From positions 151,962,001 through 152,026,000 of the forward strand of contig NC_091475.1 of NCBI RefSeq assembly GCF_036971445.1: a stretch of 64,000 bases of DNA, given 5' to 3'. A program made the position numbers and the translations under genes. Within the stretch, counting starts at the first letter, position 1. Each line of letters begins with the position of its first letter. Positions 11,274-22,425 of this stretch are shown here, in pieces. Below the pieces are notes generated by a model. It saw nothing but the letters and a program-made list of their open reading frames with translations, had not been told where the DNA came from and ran no database searches. This stretch comes from Narcine bancroftii. Its lineage: Eukaryota.

Positions 11274-13792
11274 CTTTTATTTTTTTTAATTTTTTTATTT
11301 TTCACACCATAAACCACATTGAACATGATACATACATTTTCCTTTTCAAATATATACCAGTGTCATTTTCTCCCCCCCTCCCATCCCACCCTCCCTACCT
11401 TCCCCCCCCCATCCATTTAAAGTACAAAATCTAAGATACATTAAACCAGTCAAACAATGTTGTCATTCAATAAAAATAAACAAGAAATTCCACTGAGTCA
11501 ATTCTTTTCATTTCCTTCTCCTTTCATTAATTTAGGTAGTGAATGTCCCCGGTAGGTTTTCTCTATTGTGTTTCATGTAAGGCTCCCATATTTGTTCAAA
11601 TATTTCAATATTATTTCTTAAACTATATGTTATTTTTTTCTAATGGAATACATTTATTCATTTCTATATACCATTGTTGTATTTTCAAATTATCTTCCAA
11701 TTTCCAGGTTAACATAATACATTTTTTTGCTACGGCTAGAGCTTTCTTAACAAATCTTTTTTGTGCACCATCCAAATCAATTCCAAATTCTTTGTTTTTT
11801 ATCTTACTTAGGAGAAAGATCTCTGGATTTTTTGGTATATTGTTTTCTGAAATTTTATTTAATATTTGGTTTAGATCTTCCCAAAATTTTTCTACTTTCT
11901 CACATGTCCAGATTGCATGAATTGTTGTTCCCATTTCTTTTTTACATCGAAAACATCTATCAGATACTGTTGGGTCCCATTTATTTAACTTTTGCGGTGT
12001 AATGTATTGCCCATGTATCCAGTTATATTGTATCATACGTAACCTCGTATTTATTGTATTTCTCATCGTTCCAGAACATAATTTCTCCCATGTTTCCTTT
12101 TTTATCTTTATATTTAAATCTTGTTCCCATTTTTGTTTAGTTTTATCATTTGTTTCCTCATTCTCCTTGCAGTTTAATATACATATTTGTTATAAATCTT
12201 TTGATTATCATTGTATCTGTAATCACATATTCAAAGTAACTTCCCTCTGGTAACCTCAAACTGCTTCCTAATTTGTCCTTCAAGTAGGATCTCAATTGGT
12301 AATATGCCAGCACTGTATCTTGAGTTATATTGTATTTATCTTTCATTTGTTCAAAGGATAATATTCTATTTCCTGAAAAACTATTTTCTATTCTTTTGAT
12401 CCCTTTTTTCTCCCATTCTCTAAAGGAAAGGTTATCTATTTTAAAAGGGAGTAACTGATTTTGTGTCATTATTAGTTTTGGTAATTGGTAATTTGTTTTA
12501 TTCCTTTCTACATGAATCTTTTTCCAAATATTGAGTAGATGATGTAATACTGGAGAACTCCTACGTTGTACCAATTTTTCATCCCATTTATGTGTTCAGG
12601 TATCTTTTCCCCTATTTTATCTAATTCTAATCTAGTCCAATCTGGCTTTTCCCTTGTTTGATAAAAATCTGATAGGTATCTTAATTGTGCGGCTCTATAA
12701 TAATTTTTAAAGTTTGGCAGTTGTAAGCCTCCTTGTTTATACCATTCTGTTAATTTATCTAGTGCTATCCTTGGTTTCCCCCCTTTCCATAAAAATTTCC
12801 TTATTATTTTCTTTAACTCCTTGAAGAATTTCTGTCAAGTGTATTGGCAATGCCTGAAATAGGTATAATATCCTTGGGAAAATGTTCATTTTAATACAGT
12901 TTATCCTTCCTATTAGTGTTAATGGTAAATCTTTCCAATGCTCTAAATCGTCCTGTAATTTTTTCATTAGTGGATAATAATTGAGTTTATATAGATGGCC
13001 GAGATTTTTATTTATTTGTATACCTAGGAATCTTATTGCTTGCATTTGCCATCTGAATGGTGATTCCTTCTTAAATTTTGAGAAATCCGCATTATTCATT
13101 GGCATTGCTTCACTTTTATTTACGTTAATCTTGTAACCCGACACTTCTCCATATTCCTTCAATTTCTTATATAAATTCTTTTATTGATAGTTCTGGTTCT
13201 GTTAAGTATACTATAACATCATCCGCAAATAAACTGATTTTATAATCCTTGTCTTTTATTTTTATCCCTTTTATATTTTCTGTTCTTATCAATTCTGCTA
13301 GTGGTTCTATAGCTAATGCGAACAATAAGGGTGATCGTGGGCATCCCTGCCGTGTTGACCTGCTTAAGTTAAATTGCTTTGATATATATCCATTTACTGT
13401 CACTTGCGCCAATGGCCCCTTATATAATGCTTTAATCCAATTAATATACTTCTCTGGTAAACTGAATTTTTGCAATACTTTGAATAAATAATTCCATTCT
13501 ACTCTGTCAAAGGACTTCTCTGCGTCTAAAGTAACTGCTACTGTTGGTGCTTTACTCCCTTCTACTGCATGAATTAAGTTAATAAATTTACAAATATTGT
13601 CTGTTGTGCGTCTTTTTTTAATAAATCCAGTTTGGTCTAGATTTACCATTTTAGGTACATACTCTGCTAATCTGTTTGCTAATAGTTTAGCTATTATCTT
13701 ATAATCTATGTTAAGTAATGATATTGGTCTATATGACGCTGGTGCGAGTGGATCTTTCACTTGCTTTAGTATTACTGTAATTATTGCTGTTA
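11274..13792 (-). mobile_element. 5'-truncated L1-clade LINE inserted in the CR1
   Basis: RT motifs (YRPISLLNIDYK, LDAEKSFDRVEW, TRQGCPRSP, LFADDV), C-terminal CFRC..H..WTC, G-rich 3'UTR and A-tail at 11275-11300. Flanked by a short duplication CCAGC (11269-11273 and 13793-13797). Confidence 0.95.
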
Positions 13793-14890
13793 CCAGCTTC
13801 TTCTCATAGTCCCTTTTACCTATCCTAATTAATCCTTTTGTCCTCCTCTGCAGAACTCTGAATTTCTCCCAATCATCAGGAATATATTTGGCTAATTTAT
13901 ATGCTGCTTCTTTGGATTTGATATTCTCTCTGATTTCCCTTGTTAGCCACAGATGTGGCTTCATTTATTCTTTTTACAAACTGGGATGTAGATTTGTTGT
14001 ACTTGCTCCAAGCTATCATTAAACTATTGTCATTGCATTTCTGTTAATCCTTAATACCATTGGCCAATGTATTTTCACCAATTCACACCATCAAAGTGAG
14101 CCCTCTTCAAGTTCTCAACCTTTGTATCTGAATCAACTCGAAACATTCCATTCTAATGAAGAATTCCACCAACTAGATTGTTAATTAACCCTTCTGAAAA
14201 ACCCAACACCCAACCCACCAATTTTCCCCTGCAACCGCGTCTGCCTGTCCCGCATCGGACTTGTCAGCCACAAACGAGCCTGCAGCTGACGTGGACATTT
14301 ACCCCCTCCATAAATCTTCGTCCGCGAAGCCAAGCCAAAGATTTACTCAATGCCCAGTCTAGAATGGCTTGTTCCATTCCCCCCCCCCCCACTTCTGGTT
14401 CCTTGACATGTTGATTTAAAAACAATTGCAAGAAATCCTCTTCCTCCTTACCCAATTTGGTTCACACAATCTAAATAGATTGAATTCACCCATTATACCT
14501 ACTGTCCCTTTGTTGCACGCATTACCAATTTCCTTCCTAATGCCCTAACCTCACTGCTACTGTTAGATGGCCTGTACACAACTCCCACTTGCGTCTTCTG
14601 ACCCTTTGTGTTTCGCAGCTCTACCCACATTGATTCCACATTCTCCAAGCTAATGTCCTTCCATTCTATCGCATTTACCTCTTCCCTAACCAACAACACT
14701 ATGCTACTCCACCTTCTTTTCCATTCTGTCTATTCCTCCAGAATGTTGAGCTCCCAGTCAGGGTCCCCCTGAAGGCATGTCTCTGTGATCCCAACTATAT
14801 CATAGTCATTAATAGCTACCTCCATATTCAATTCATCATTATATCACAAATGCTCCTTGCATTGAGAGGCCTTCAGACTTGCTTTAGCCA
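13793..14890 (-). mobile_element. CR1 LINE, 5' segment (endonuclease and linker)
   Basis: ESMWVELRNTKGQKT.VGVVYRPSNS, QHVKEP..QAILDW, WLTREIRENIKSK. Confidence 0.9.
14194..14342 (+). mobile_element. RTE-clade LINE 3' terminal fragment inserted in the CR1
   Basis: Encodes PIFPCNRVCLSRIGLVSHKRACS*, resembling the RTE C-terminal zinc-finger end, plus a short UTR ending aagccaagccaaag. CpG-rich, opposite strand to the host. Confidence 0.8.
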
Positions 14891-14963
14891 CACTTATTGA
14901 CTTGGTATGTGCACGGTTACACAACTCCAAAGGAAATGGGACAATGATAATTTTTTTCTCAAG

Positions 14964-15030
14964 CACAGAGCACCTATGGCATAGGGATTACTTAGTGATG
15001 GGAGTCGAACAGAAGGTTGAGAACCTTTGC
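14964..15030 (-). mobile_element. MITE fragment (same family as 4655-4755)
   Basis: cacagagcacctatggcatagg followed by a TIR-like aaggttgagaacc. Confidence 0.6.
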
Positions 15031-15575
15031 TATAAGGACTCTGTTCCATTCTTCCAGCTCCTCCATGTGTTATTTGTCCAAATAACATTTGCCCCTCTGG
15101 TTCCTCTGAAGTTTCTTCCCCTTCTATTCTACCAGATAAATATCTTTCTCACATACTCTCTTCAGCCCTCTTCCTTGACAAAACAGGGGCTGAGTTCCCT
15201 TGGTCTTCACCTTCCACTGCACCAGCCTCTATTTGTCAGATCATCCTTCACAATTTTCAATTGATCCACCACCAGACATCTTTCCCCTCCCCTTTCAGCA
15301 TTAGACAGGAATACATTTTTACTCATCCATGGTCCACTTTTCTGTCCCTTCCAGCCATGACTTGTTCTATGGCAATTTTCCAAGTAACTGCAAGAGATGT
15401 GACAGCAACCTTCCCCTTCCTACTATCCAAGAACAAATGTTTTTAACTCAGGAGATGTTCTTCTGAGCTAGGGTACTGCATTCAATGTTCACAACAGTCT
15501 CATCTACACTGGAGAAACTAAGCACTGATTGTTAAATCACTTTGAAAAGCACCTGCATTTGGGTCATGTGTGGCT
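15031..15575 (+). mobile_element. Penelope-like element, right half (RT thumb to GIY-YIG endonuclease)
   Basis: CYKDSVPFFQLL, PLVFTFH, then YCIQCSQ..IYTGETK..F..HL, the GIY-YIG pattern of Penelope-like elements. Confidence 0.7.
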
Positions 15576-15589
15576 CTGGAGGTCAACCA

Positions 15590-15750
15590 AGCACAAGAGG
15601 TAGTGCTATCAGTCTCTGAAAGAACTCGTACTTATCTTCCCTTTCTTGGTCAGGGTGTTGGACTAGTGATGACTCTGTGCCTTTCCAGGCATGCAAAGGT
15701 AAATACATTGTGTGTTTATGTACTGTATATGAAATAAAGAAACCTTGAGC
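15590..15750 (+). repeat. Unclassified SINE-like repeat with Rex1-type tail, copy 1
   Basis: Shares gtctctgaa...aataaag..ccttga with 33085-33335 and 36530-36880. Confidence 0.45.
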
Positions 15751-15784
15751 ACCAAACCCAAATTCCTGTTGCCTGGAAAGTGTT

Positions 15785-16620
15785 AACATGGAACATAACA
15801 GTACAAGCCTTTTAGCCCATAATGTTGTCCTAACATATACCTACCAAAATTAACTGAACCCTCCTAACCTCCATAACCTATTTTTCAGCTTCCACTACCA
15901 TCCCTGGCCATGCATTCCAGGCACCCACAACATTGTTTTTAAAGTTGTCCCTAATGTCTCCCTTAAACTTCCTCCCTTCACTTTGTACAGATGTGCTCTG
16001 GTGTTTGCTACTCTAAGTTTAAAATGGTGCTGACTAACTTGCCTCTCAATCTTGTAAATCTGAGTCACATCTAGTCTTTCTTCACTCCAAAGTGGAAAAA
16101 CCCTAGCTCTGCTAATCTTGACTCAAGACATACTTTTCCAGTCCAAGCAATATCCTGGTAAATCTCTTCACCTTCTCCATACCTCCCACATCTTTCCTAT
16201 GAGGTGACCAGAACTGAATTCTATTCCAAGTGTGGTCTCACCAGATTTGTAGAGCTGCAACATTACTTCACAACTCTTGAACTCAATCCCCTAATGAATG
16301 AAGCCCAGCATACCAGAGGTAGTCCTTAATGTCCTATCAAACTGGTGGAGACCTTGAGATCTATGGATTTGGATCCCAAGGTCCCTCTTCTTCCACACTG
16401 TTATGATTCTAACCATTAGCCATGTACTCTGCTTTCAAATTTAACTACTAGACTTCATCACCTCACACTTGCCTGGATGGAACTCCATTTGCCACTTTTC
16501 TACCCAATTCTGCATCTTGCCTGTCCTGTGGTAACCCTCTACTTCCTTGTCCAGATCATTTATTTAAAAACAAATCTGAGCATGGGTCCCAAAGCAGATT
16601 CCTGTGAAACTCCACAAATG
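15785..16620 (-). mobile_element. CR1 LINE 3' portion, degraded
   Basis: gaccagaactgaattctattccaagtgtggtctcacc (minus: LVRPHLE..QFWS), ctccatttgccactt, CR1-type 3' end near 15790. Confidence 0.85.
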
Positions 16621-19016
16621 TCTGATTTTTTTTTTTTAAAAAGCAAAAATTTAATGTGCTTGCAAAGCTTGTGCTTTCAAGAAACTTGGTCCTAGAATGG
16701 TATTGTTTCTATTTGTGTATCAAAGTGTAATGAGATTGAATTTATTTGGAATTGTTTTTATATGCAGACAGAGCAAGTCTGGATTCACTTCCTTGATTGT
16801 TATTTATCCACAGGTAGCTATACTCCTAGAGAAATTTGCATTAAAATGGGAGGGTTCCTGTCTATATTAGTGGTCTTACGGGATCAAGTAGTCAGATCCA
16901 GCTAACCAGCTTCAGTTTGGTCCTCTCTAGCTCGTGCATCCTTCATAATGGTGATCTGCTTGGTCCCCCAAATATTACAACATGAGACTTTTATCCTGTA
17001 CAATCACTCTGAACTCTCAACATATCCTCTCCTGCACCTCAAATTACCATCCTCATGATGCCTATTCCAATCCTGAAGATTCCCATTTCCACTCTGTCCC
17101 AAGGAACACAAATTCCAGAAACTTCTGACCCGTTTCATTTTTATAGTGATCTACAAAGCAGCATGTGGAATACGGGTCTTTGTATGGATTACACTTTGGG
17201 CCTCATTTGTAATAGAAATTACTGCTGTAGGGTCTAAAAATGTATATTTTTAATACCTTGACACCACAGCTTTAATGCTGTTTTCCTGGTGTCAATGAAT
17301 CTCTGGGATCACTAGTTAACCCATTTCTCTCTTGTTCATGATGCACTCTTCAGCTACTTTTTGAAACTTATTCCCAAAATTTCTGCTCTGCATCCCCATA
17401 ATGGGAGCCCCATTTTTCTTGAAAAATCTACTTGTTTTCTGAAACAGTTATAAAGCTACAAGGCACTCCATAGGATTCATGAGTATAAACACTAAATATA
17501 TCACCTAAAACAGTTTTTTTTTTAAAATGTTGGATAGATTTGTTTCACCTTCAAATAGTCACTCTGATCTAGAAGCAAAACATGGAAAAACAACGAACCA
17601 CATTGATCACCTTTGGTGTAGTCCTTGAACTGCCAGAGGAAGAACAAGCAAGCCTCCAGGTGGAATGGAGATGTGATCAACCCCCAAGTTGACAGAACTC
17701 TAATAAAACCATCAATGAAAAGCAAACCCATTGCTCCTTTGCTGTCAACATTTATTCATCATTTTAATAGATTAATGTTTTTAAATGAGAATTAACAAAT
17801 ATTGGAATATCAGTATAGACATGAGGATGGTAATCATGAGGATGGTAATTTGAGGTGCAGGAGAGGATGTGTTGAGAGTTCAGAGTGATTGTACAGGATA
17901 AAAGTCTCATGTTGTATTAATCTGAGAAACAGACCACTCAAGAGTTACACAGAAAGTCCACAGTACCCTCCAAAACACAACAAACTATGAATTACATTTG
18001 CAGTCTCATTCAGTGACAGTGCAAGTTCAACAAGATCTGCAAGTGTCAGTTCCTGGGAATTATTTGTCCTCATTAGACAATATTTCCAGCTGACTTTCAT
18101 TAAAAGTTCGTTTTTAAATTGTACCATGAACAACAAAACCATTTTCCACAAAGGTATTTCACAATTTATACAATCTAGCTATCTTAACATACAAAACTTT
18201 CAGTCTCCAACATCTATAAATAGCCCTGGTATCAGAAGCAGTGGTAACATTGCAGGACACTGAGATCATACACCAGAGTGAAGGTAAAGAAAAATGTGCT
18301 ATGTTTCAAAAAAGACACTCTAGAATATGTTTTCCAAAAAGCATTGCCCACATATCAAGTGAGATCACAGGAATTTTGTCCCATATTATTTAATTTTCAC
18401 TTTTCAAAATGTATTTTAATTATTTAACACTTTAAATGTAATAATTTGGTACAATGCCTGTCTGAAATCAAATTCTTGGAAAGCAGATAGCATGAGGGGG
18501 AAAAAAGTTAATTATTTGCATTAGAAGGCAAATACTTTACAGTAACAAAATTATTAACTATAATTTGCATCACTGCCAATTGATTTTTAAAATCCCATAA
18601 AGTTACATCCACATAAATACATTTTAAGAAAACAGATGAAAGGAAAATCTCAGTGATTTCCAATATGCTTTAGAATTTCACCTTGTTTTTTGCACTTTCA
18701 AACCCACATTCCACAATAAGTATTTTTTTGATTATTTGGTGCAGCTGTGCCATTAATCCGACATGACAAGTAGATATAACTGATGTATGAATGGGCCAAT
18801 AAAGACCAATGCTGTTTGAATAAAGGAACATACTTGACTCTGTCCATTGCATTAATTGTATGTACGGCCACCACTCCAATTAATAAGCTCTCATTGCTTT
18901 ATCCAGCTATGCAACACAAGATTTAAATAAAGCAATACCCCTTATTCCCCCTTCCAAATTGAACATAATTAAGATTAGCAGTAAAATGATCCTTAAATTG
19001 TAAGAATAAATCCTAC

Positions 19017-19400
19017 CTTAGCAAGGACTGAAATAGTTGAGCACAAAAATACTTGCTCATATCTGTTGTAAGCTTTCCCTAAAGTCTTCACTGTCAATTC
19101 GACAAACATAAGGTACAAGAACTCCAGCCTGCCTGCTCCATTATAATGCATTGCAGCTGCTACCACGGTAACAGTAAAAAGCCAGGCAGCTGCCAAGATT
19201 AGTTCTTTAGACTTCGAGGAGTCCAAAAGCAGGAGCGCGAGGAAAGAAGAGACAAGAAGCTTTTCAGCGTTTTCAGTGATTTCCCTTGCTGCTAGCTAGC
19301 CATCCACCTCGCACCACATAAGTCACAGCTGAGCTCCAGCTTTTCAACTTTAAAATTTGCAATTTACACCGGAGAGAAAGAATTCAACCTTCCCAGATCA
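19017..19400 (-). other. Candidate first exon of an unidentified host gene
   Basis: Unique sequence ending in donor AAG|GTAGGA at 19017/19016. ATG at 19060 gives MSKYFCAQLFQSLL plus 2 nt. X-box-like motif at 19159-19172. Upstream boundary unknown. Confidence 0.35.
19159..19172. promoter_or_regulatory. RFX X-box-like imperfect palindrome
   Basis: GTTACCGTGGTAGC on the minus strand versus consensus GTTNCCATGGNAAC. Confidence 0.35.
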
Positions 19401-19670
19401 AGAAACCAAATGCTTGAAAAAGGGTGTGGGAGGGGGGGGGGGGGGGGGTGGGAGGAGGGAATGAAGGAAGGAGGTAAGGGGAGCAGTGTGATGTGACATA
19501 CATATGGAATGAGCCTTAGAACAATGCTGGCAGACCAGCCAGCCAACAGCACACTGGGCAGCTGCATTCATAAACTAAGCTTCACAGCAGTGGCAACAAA
19601 AAAAAAAGTTACCAAGGTCAAATAACCGAAAAAACAAAAGGATTCTGTCGCACATTCCAAATCAACTCAC

Positions 19671-19795
19671 CAGAGCTTTGCCACATGGACCTGTGCTGCC
19701 TACAATCATAAAGATTAAGAGTTTGTCTGCTGGACTGCAGTCTCCCAGCTTTGAGATTTTACTGCTGAGCAGTGAGGTCCCAGGAGTTTCAATTC
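19671..19795 (-). other. Candidate short exon ending in a consensus splice donor
   Basis: CTG|GTGAGT at 19671/19670 in repeat-free sequence. No convincing acceptor, so it would be a first exon if real. Confidence 0.3.
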
Positions 19796-22299
19796 CTGTT
19801 GAGCCCATTTAATTCCACACCTTACCACCCCCACTCCTAACTATCTTCATTTCAACAATATATTTTTATCTCCCACCTTCATTGTAGATTTCTTAAGCTT
19901 ACCCTATTTGCCAACCAATTTTAATTTGGAAGACACTGCACTAGAACAGAAATTGTTCTGGACAAGTTGAGATGATTTATGATATTAAGCCTTTCAATAC
20001 ATATATATTAAAAAATCACATACCTTTTATTAATCTTAACCTGCAGGATAAAGCATATACAGTTTCCCTGTCTTGAAAAACAGCAACCAGCAAATGCAAT
20101 AAAATCTTTTTCTTCTCACAGTCTTTGAGTGCAAAATGTAACCAGGAGACCATGAGGGTTAAATTAACAACTCTTATTAAGCAATGCAGCCGGAGGGCAT
20201 GCTCAAATAAACTCCCCTCCCCCTTTCCAATACAACTGATGCTCTTGCGAGCAGCTTCGACATTCCCTGAAAGCCATAATGAGCATCAACAAGCACAGTC
20301 TGTTCAGCAGGCCTTGTTAAAGACAGTAACTGGTAGTGAATGACCAGACGCACTCAATATTTGAATAGGACAGGAAAGGAAGACACATCATTCCTCCTGC
20401 TGACATGCTTTGAGATTACACTGCAAAATTGGACATTCTGAGCCAATTCATCAATGTGAATGCACAGTTGCTTTATCCAAGACTGGACTCAGATCTTTGA
20501 AGTGAAACAATAAAAAAAATTAATCAGATTGTTATTTAGGGTTACAGATATTCAGAAATAAAAGCATTAACGAAATACCACACAAAAATGATTTGCACAT
20601 GCGTACCAGAAGCGGGAATCTGAGTGAAAGCAAGGTTTATAATTAAAGTCAAGCCAATATGGTGTAAGCACTCTGTGACAGGTAATCCTTCTCATGAGCA
20701 AGTCCTTCATAAATCATGAGTGCTTTAATGCAGTGTGTGTGTATACAAATGTACACACACTCGTGGGAAGATAGAGAACGAAAGAGAACACAAAAAAAAG
20801 AGGGAACATGAGAGAACACAAAAGAAAAAATAGATAAGAAACACTCCCCCCTCTACCCCACCCCCACTCCCACACTGTGTCCCACTGCTTTCCCATTGTT
20901 CATTTTCTATTGATTTGTTACAAGATGCAAAGGAATTTCAGTACTGTGCTGCTGCTTTGTTATATTTGTAAACATAATTGAATAACTGCGATAAAGACTG
21001 AAAAATGCACAAACTTTTACAATGCTTAGGCTTCCTATCATTTTACAACAAACTGGAAATATATATTGCTACAGCTATTATAGATTAAACCTTGATCACT
21101 ATGGTAACATTTTAGGCGGTTTTCAATTGTTACCATAATCATTCTAGCTCCCCATGGCTCAATACAAAGCTTCTAATTAGGAAAGCTCAATGTGATCACG
21201 TGTACACTGAACTTGAACATTAAAATAGGCTTCCACTATCTATATTTGCCAAGAATGAACAATGAACACGGTGCTTGCAGGAAGAGAAAGTTTACATGTT
21301 TCAATGTGAAGAGAACAATATTACCCAAATTACTGTGCAATAGAGCATTAACTCTGGCTCTCCAGGCATCTGTAGTTAATAACAACCCTAGGATAATCAC
21401 GACATTTGTGGGTCTGTAAAATTACCATCACTTTATTTTTGCATATGACACATTGGCAAACCCTGTTTGGGGTATGAATCTGCACAATGTGTGGTGTATG
21501 GAGCTTGTACTTGCACCTTATCTGTAGATAGCAGTGAATGAATGCTAGATATTGAATCGTAGGCTTGATTATAAATTAGCCACTTGGCAGAAGCACCCAT
21601 AGCAATAGAAATGGCCAAGACATGAGGGCAGTAAAGGACATGGCTAAGAATACATGCTCAGGATCCACAACTGGACATAAACACTTTCCAGATTGCAAGC
21701 AACCTTTTGGTCAGATTTCCCTGTATACAGCCAATAAGTGCATTGGCTCCCTCAAGATAAACTAATCTGAGATAGGGCACTGCAAAAACATATAAAATAA
21801 TGCTAGTTATGTGTGTAGATAAGGAATGTTTCAATTGTTCTTACTCAATATGATGTACTTTTGCAATCAAAGCTGAATATACCATAATGGGGGCTGAGGG
21901 ATCTCATCGGCAATGAAAAATCAGAAGTCTCAGGGACTAATTTGTGGCATAAATCGCTTGTACTGTTTAAAAATGACCATTTCAAAAAATTGATTTACCG
22001 GTAGTTTTAACTATTTTAGAAAATATGTCAGTACTACCTTGAAAGGTACGGAGAAAAATCCAGTGTTGTCTCTGTAATACACCATATAATATTTCTTGAA
22101 ATAACTACCAGATTTATGTCAAGGAATTTCAAAATGACATGCCAGCTAGCTTGGTAGACAAAAGGACACAAAAATGGTCGATGAAACTTCACCTGTGCCT
22201 TCCTCTCATGTATACTGTATCAAGTTGTAATAATTCTCATTAATTACATATATCATTCGGTTCAAATAAAAGAATTAGCAATGAATGAACCAAGGCAAA

Positions 22300-22425
22300 C
22301 GCAAAAGCTGCACATGCTAGAATCTTAAGTGAACAGAGGTGAGGAACTCAATGAGTCAAGCAGCATCAAAGGTAACAAATGGTCAGTCAATGTTTTGAAT
22401 TAGGACCCTTTGTCAAGATATATTA
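22300..22425 (-). mobile_element. Penelope-like terminal-repeat fragment
   Basis: aaagctgcacatgctagaatc...gaggaactcaatgagtcaagcagcatc...ggaccctttgtcaag, related to the reverse complement of 49597-49730. Confidence 0.55.

Noticed and set aside
17820-17849. 15-bp tandem duplication catgaggatggtaat (similar small duplication near 49405-49440)
   Set aside because: Ordinary slippage duplication with no further structure.
19017-20710. Assigning the candidate exons to a named gene
   Set aside because: None of the short peptides matches an N-terminus I recognise; no symbol can be supported.
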